DNA of 32,000 nucleotides, taken from positions 1 through 32,000 of the forward strand of contig CAZPUN010000023.1 of NCBI GenBank assembly GCA_964589775.1, read 5' to 3'. This document shows positions 28,564-32,000 of this stretch, piece by piece. The first letter of the stretch is position 1, and each line of letters begins with the position of its first letter. The DNA is from an uncultured archaeon. GTDB lineage: Archaea > Asgardarchaeota > Thorarchaeia > Thorarchaeales > CAZPUN01. Both the position numbers and the translations under genes were made by a program. The notes under the pieces were generated by a model. The model had not been told where the DNA came from, ran no database searches, and was given only the letters and a program-made list of their open reading frames with translations.

Positions 28564-29016
28564 TTGATATTAGTGGTTCTTGCAAAAATTGCAAAATGGG
28601 CTAGGTTAAAGTCACCTTGGGTTATCCACATGAATAGTGGTAGCTGTAATGGGTGTGATATTGAAATAGTAGCGGCATTGACTCCTCGTTATGATCTTGA
28701 ACGCTTTGGTGTCAAATTAATGGGTAGTCCTAGGCACGCAGATATTATGCTTCTTACTGGTACTATGACTGCACAGGCTAGAGAACGAGCAATTCGTGTT
28801 TATGAGCAGATGGCCGAGCCAAAGTTTGTTGTTGCAATTGGAAGTTGCGCTTTAAGTGGCGGTGTTTTTGCAGGTAGTTACAATACATTAAAAGGAGCCG
28901 ATAAAGCTTTACCAATTGCTGCGTATGTGCCTGGTTGTCCACCTAAGCCTGAAGCAATTATTCAAGCCGTAGCAGCCCTATTAGAAAAGCTCGAAAAAGG
29001 TGAAAGCAATGAGTGA
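28564..29016 (+). CDS. Group 4 [NiFe]-hydrogenase small subunit / NuoB-like protein
   Basis: SPWVIH, SCNGCDIE, YDLERFG, SPRHAD, GSCALSGG, PGCPPKPEA; start may be GTG at 28573. Confidence 0.9.
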   Translation: MILVVLAKIAKWARLKSPWVIHMNSGSCNGCDIEIVAALTPRYDLERFGVKLMGSPRHADIMLLTGTMTAQARERAIRVYEQMAEPKFVVAIGSCALSGGVFAGSYNTLKGADKALPIAAYVPGCPPKPEAIIQAVAALLEKLEKGESNE

Positions 29017-29488
29017 TCAAAATTTAGCAGCTGAAAATGAAATAGTATCCATGCTGAAGAAATATTTGGGTGACGACTTAAAGGACATTAATATTCAGCG
29101 TCGCCATAGAGTGTGGGCTGAGATTCCCGTTTCAAAACTAAGAGATACACTCCAATTCTTAATTGATAATCGCAACTTGTACTATTTATCCACGATAAGT
29201 GGAGTTGACATGAAAGATCATTTTGAAATGCTATATCATTTGTTCTTGCATGAAGATAAGATTGAGTTGACCCTTACAGTAAAATTACCCCATGATAACC
29301 CTTCAGTCCCCACGATTATTGATCTATTCCCTGGTGCTGATATGGCTGAACGTGAAGCACATGAAATGTTTGGTATTAATATTGAGGGTCGTGATGAAGA
29401 ACTAAAGCATGTGGAACTTCCAGATACGTGGCCCGAAGGTCAATATCCACTCAGAAAGGATTGGAGTGGAAATAATGAGGAAGCCTGA
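29009..29488 (+). CDS. NuoC-like subunit (MbhK/EchD-like)
   Basis: LSTISGVD, VPTIIDLFPGADMAEREAHEMFGI, LPDTWPEGQYPLRKD. Confidence 0.9.
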   Translation: MSDQNLAAENEIVSMLKKYLGDDLKDINIQRRHRVWAEIPVSKLRDTLQFLIDNRNLYYLSTISGVDMKDHFEMLYHLFLHEDKIELTLTVKLPHDNPSVPTIIDLFPGADMAEREAHEMFGINIEGRDEELKHVELPDTWPEGQYPLRKDWSGNNEEA

Positions 29489-29498
29489 GGTGAAGTAA

Positions 29499-30551
29499 AT
29501 GGAGATTATTATGGAATCCCTTATGTTTTTCTTGCAAGTATTGATATTTCCCGGAATATTCTTCCTGACATTTGTTGCTCTATTGTGGGAATGGGTAGAC
29601 CGTAAATTTTACGCTAAATTACAGAATAGAGTAGGGCCTTATTTCACAGGTAAGAAAGGGTTCCTACAGCCTCTTGCCGATTTCTTAAAATTATTGTCTA
29701 AGGAAGATCTAACTCCTGAACAGAGTAACAAGCGTGGGTTCAAAGCAGCTCCAATTGTAATCGCAATTACAATTCTATTCTTATTGATGTTTATACCCAT
29801 CACTGGTGCAAAAGGAATTATTTCATTTGAAGGCGACCTTCTATTTGTTTTGTTTGGGTCTTCATTGATCATGGCTGTAATTATGCTTTCTGGATGGTTT
29901 TCATCAAGTCCTTTTGCTATTGCGGGTGGTACTCGTACCGGATTGCTTATGATTGCTTATGAATTGCCATTAATTATTTCCTTACTAACTCCTGCAGTTA
30001 TCGTCGGCAGTCTAAATATATCCACAATTATCACGTATCAACTAACTCACGGCTTACCATTTATTGCAATATTTCCAATAATGTTTGGATTTATAATTTA
30101 TGTCATCGCATTAGAAGCAGAACTAGAACGAGTGCCATTCGATGTTTCACATGCTGAAACTGAAATTGTTGCAGGTTGGAAAGTAGAATATTCTGGTAAA
30201 AAACTGGCATTGCTCTCGATGGTTTCAGATCTCGAACTAGTGTTTGGCGCAGGTATTGCAACAGCTATATTCTTAGGCGGCCCCTTCTTGTTTGAATTTA
30301 TTCCACTTGATTGGGCTCAGTCTATTGCTACTCTTGCGGCTACCACATACTTTGGATTACTGTATTATCCTCTAGTATTCCTGTTCAAGTCTTTCTTGAT
30401 AATATTAATACTAAGCTTGTTTAGAGCTCTAATGGCTCGTCTAAGAATTGACCAAATTATAAATGCGTCATGGAAAATTTTACTTCCTCTGGCAATTTTG
30501 GTGCTATTACTAGTACATTTGCCGAGTGTATTAGCATTATGGGGGCTATAA
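29499..30551 (+). CDS. NuoH-like membrane subunit (MbhM/EchB-like)
   Basis: DRKFYAKLQNRVGP, QPLADFLKLLSKE, ERVPFDVSHAETEIVAG, ARLRIDQ. Confidence 0.92.
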   Translation: MEIIMESLMFFLQVLIFPGIFFLTFVALLWEWVDRKFYAKLQNRVGPYFTGKKGFLQPLADFLKLLSKEDLTPEQSNKRGFKAAPIVIAITILFLLMFIPITGAKGIISFEGDLLFVLFGSSLIMAVIMLSGWFSSSPFAIAGGTRTGLLMIAYELPLIISLLTPAVIVGSLNISTIITYQLTHGLPFIAIFPIMFGFIIYVIALEAELERVPFDVSHAETEIVAGWKVEYSGKKLALLSMVSDLELVFGAGIATAIFLGGPFLFEFIPLDWAQSIATLAATTYFGLLYYPLVFLFKSFLIILILSLFRALMARLRIDQIINASWKILLPLAILVLLLVHLPSVLALWGL

Positions 30552-30552
30552 T

Positions 30553-30921
30553 ATGTGTCCAGTTCCTGGTAAGATGATTGGTGAATTGCTAAGGCATGCT
30601 TTCAAGAAGAGCGCAACAACTTCATATCCTTTGTCAAAGGATGAAGTCAATATTCCCCAAGATTTACGTGGCAAATGGGAATTGTATTTGGACAAATGTA
30701 TTGGATGTAGTCTGTGTGAGCGCGTATGTCCATCATTTGCCATAGTCATGGTTGAATGCCGTGAGGGTGAAACTACAAAGACAGGAAAGCGTCCAATTTG
30801 CCACATTGATAAATGTGTATTTTGCGCTCAATGTGAAGAGACATGTCCAACAAAAGCAATAAAATTAACACAAAACTTTGAGCTCGCGTTATTCAATCGT
30901 GAGAATGGCGTAATTGAGTAA
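30553..30921 (+). CDS. NuoI-like 2x[4Fe-4S] subunit (MbhN/EchF-like)
   Basis: ATTSYP, LRGK, CIGCSLCERVCP and CVFCAQCEETCP. Confidence 0.92.
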   Translation: MCPVPGKMIGELLRHAFKKSATTSYPLSKDEVNIPQDLRGKWELYLDKCIGCSLCERVCPSFAIVMVECREGETTKTGKRPICHIDKCVFCAQCEETCPTKAIKLTQNFELALFNRENGVIE

Positions 30922-30955
30922 TAATCTTCTTTTTATTCTTTTTTTACATTTTTTA
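30922..30955 (+). terminator. Oligo-T terminator of the second respiratory-module operon
   Basis: TCTTCTTTTTATTCTTTTTTTACATTTTTT directly after the stop codon. Confidence 0.55.
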
Positions 30956-31112
30956 AAAATATCTGTTATTTTTATTTCAAATTTTGTAGATTATTCATTC
31001 TTTTTACACGCGCTGTTTATATAGGTGTATTTCTCTAAATAAATAAAAAGACTTTAATTGTACCTATGCTCATTAAAATCAAAATTACTAATAATGATGA
31101 AGGTATGTGACT

Positions 31113-31871
31113 ATGGGTAAGGTTTGGAACTATATCACGGAAAAGCTCGAAAAAGACAAAGTATTACACTTTACATTATTAGATCCGGATCCTCTAGATA
31201 GATCAATTGAAGATACAGTAAAAATGGCAGTACTTGCAGAAAAAGCCGGTACTGATGCGATCATGATCGGTGGTAGTACAGCTTTTGGTATAATTAATCA
31301 GTCAGTTAAAGCAATAACTGAATCTGTAGATGTTCCGACCATATTGTTTCCTGGAAATATAACTGGAATATCTCCTTATGCTGATGCGATTTTCTTTATG
31401 AGCTTATTGAATTCATCAAATCCATATTGGATCATCGGTGCCCAAGCATTAGCTTCGGTTCCTGTAAAGCAGTCCGGTATTGAGCCTATATCACTTGCAT
31501 ACTTACTTATTGAACCCGGAAAAACCGCAGGATGGGTTGGAGAAGCTCGTCTGTTTCCACGCGATAAACCTAAACTTGTATTAGCATATTCATTGGCTGC
31601 AGAATTACTTGGTTTTAAGATGGTTTATCTTGAAGCTGGAAGTGGCTCGGATATAGGTGGTGTTCCTCCTGCAATCATAAAGGCGGTTTCATCGTATACC
31701 TCAATCCCTATAGTTGTAGGTGGTGGCTTAACTACAAAAGAAGATTTGATCACTGCAGCCAAGAGTGGCGCAAGTATTGTTGTGCAAGGAACCTTTGTTG
31801 AGCGGACTGTACTAAAAGATGGCGGAAAGGCGCTAAAAGAGCAAATTTCTGCACTAAAGAGTTCAATTTAA
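31113..31871 (+). CDS. Geranylgeranylglyceryl phosphate synthase (GGGPS, group II)
   Basis: HFTLLDPD, GTDAIMIGGS, ILFPGN, ADAIFFMSLLNS, YLEAGSG, VVGGG. ATG at 31113 (GTG at 31107 is the alternative). Confidence 0.94.
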   Translation: MGKVWNYITEKLEKDKVLHFTLLDPDPLDRSIEDTVKMAVLAEKAGTDAIMIGGSTAFGIINQSVKAITESVDVPTILFPGNITGISPYADAIFFMSLLNSSNPYWIIGAQALASVPVKQSGIEPISLAYLLIEPGKTAGWVGEARLFPRDKPKLVLAYSLAAELLGFKMVYLEAGSGSDIGGVPPAIIKAVSSYTSIPIVVGGGLTTKEDLITAAKSGASIVVQGTFVERTVLKDGGKALKEQISALKSSI

Positions 31872-32000
31872 ATCATAGAATGTAATGAAAAAATTAAATA
31901 GGTGTTATGCACTAAATTACTTTAATAATAAACTGGTGATTGGCTATTGTCAACGAGAAATGAAATACTCTTAAATATACTCAAGGAACTTGAAAAAAGC

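Overview
AT-rich archaeal chromosome segment, mostly core genes, with no mobile element or CRISPR array. Archaeal markers are TFB, GGGP synthase, archaeal-type LeuRS and YchF, an archaeal 16S rRNA and BHB-intron tRNAs. The 16S is divergent and not linked to a 23S, which suggests a deep-branching lineage (Asgard/TACK-like is a guess I cannot confirm). The main feature is a 12-gene complex I-like locus (3732-15042): a divergent nuoA, then nuoJ-K-B-C-D-H-I-M'-L-M-N, with no NuoEFG or FpoF. It combines (i) four antiporter subunits and a NuoL amphipathic helix about 25 aa longer than usual ('2M' architecture), (ii) a NuoD-like subunit with the two-cysteine, non-NiFe signature of sulfane reductase MBS/MBX and no quinone-binding Tyr, and (iii) a NuoB-like subunit with a hybrid CxxCC motif. 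A second operon (28228-30921) encodes A-B-C-H-I-like subunits of group 4 hydrogenase type, but no large subunit and no antiporters, so it may be an exchangeable module. The window also has tRNA-Leu(CAA) and tRNA-Ala(CGC) with introns at non-canonical positions, a frameshifted GNAT gene, a degenerate AstE/AspA-family protein, pyrH, leuS, a DASS transporter, an M24 peptidase and a PfkB kinase. All family calls come from motif recognition by eye; no database searches were run.
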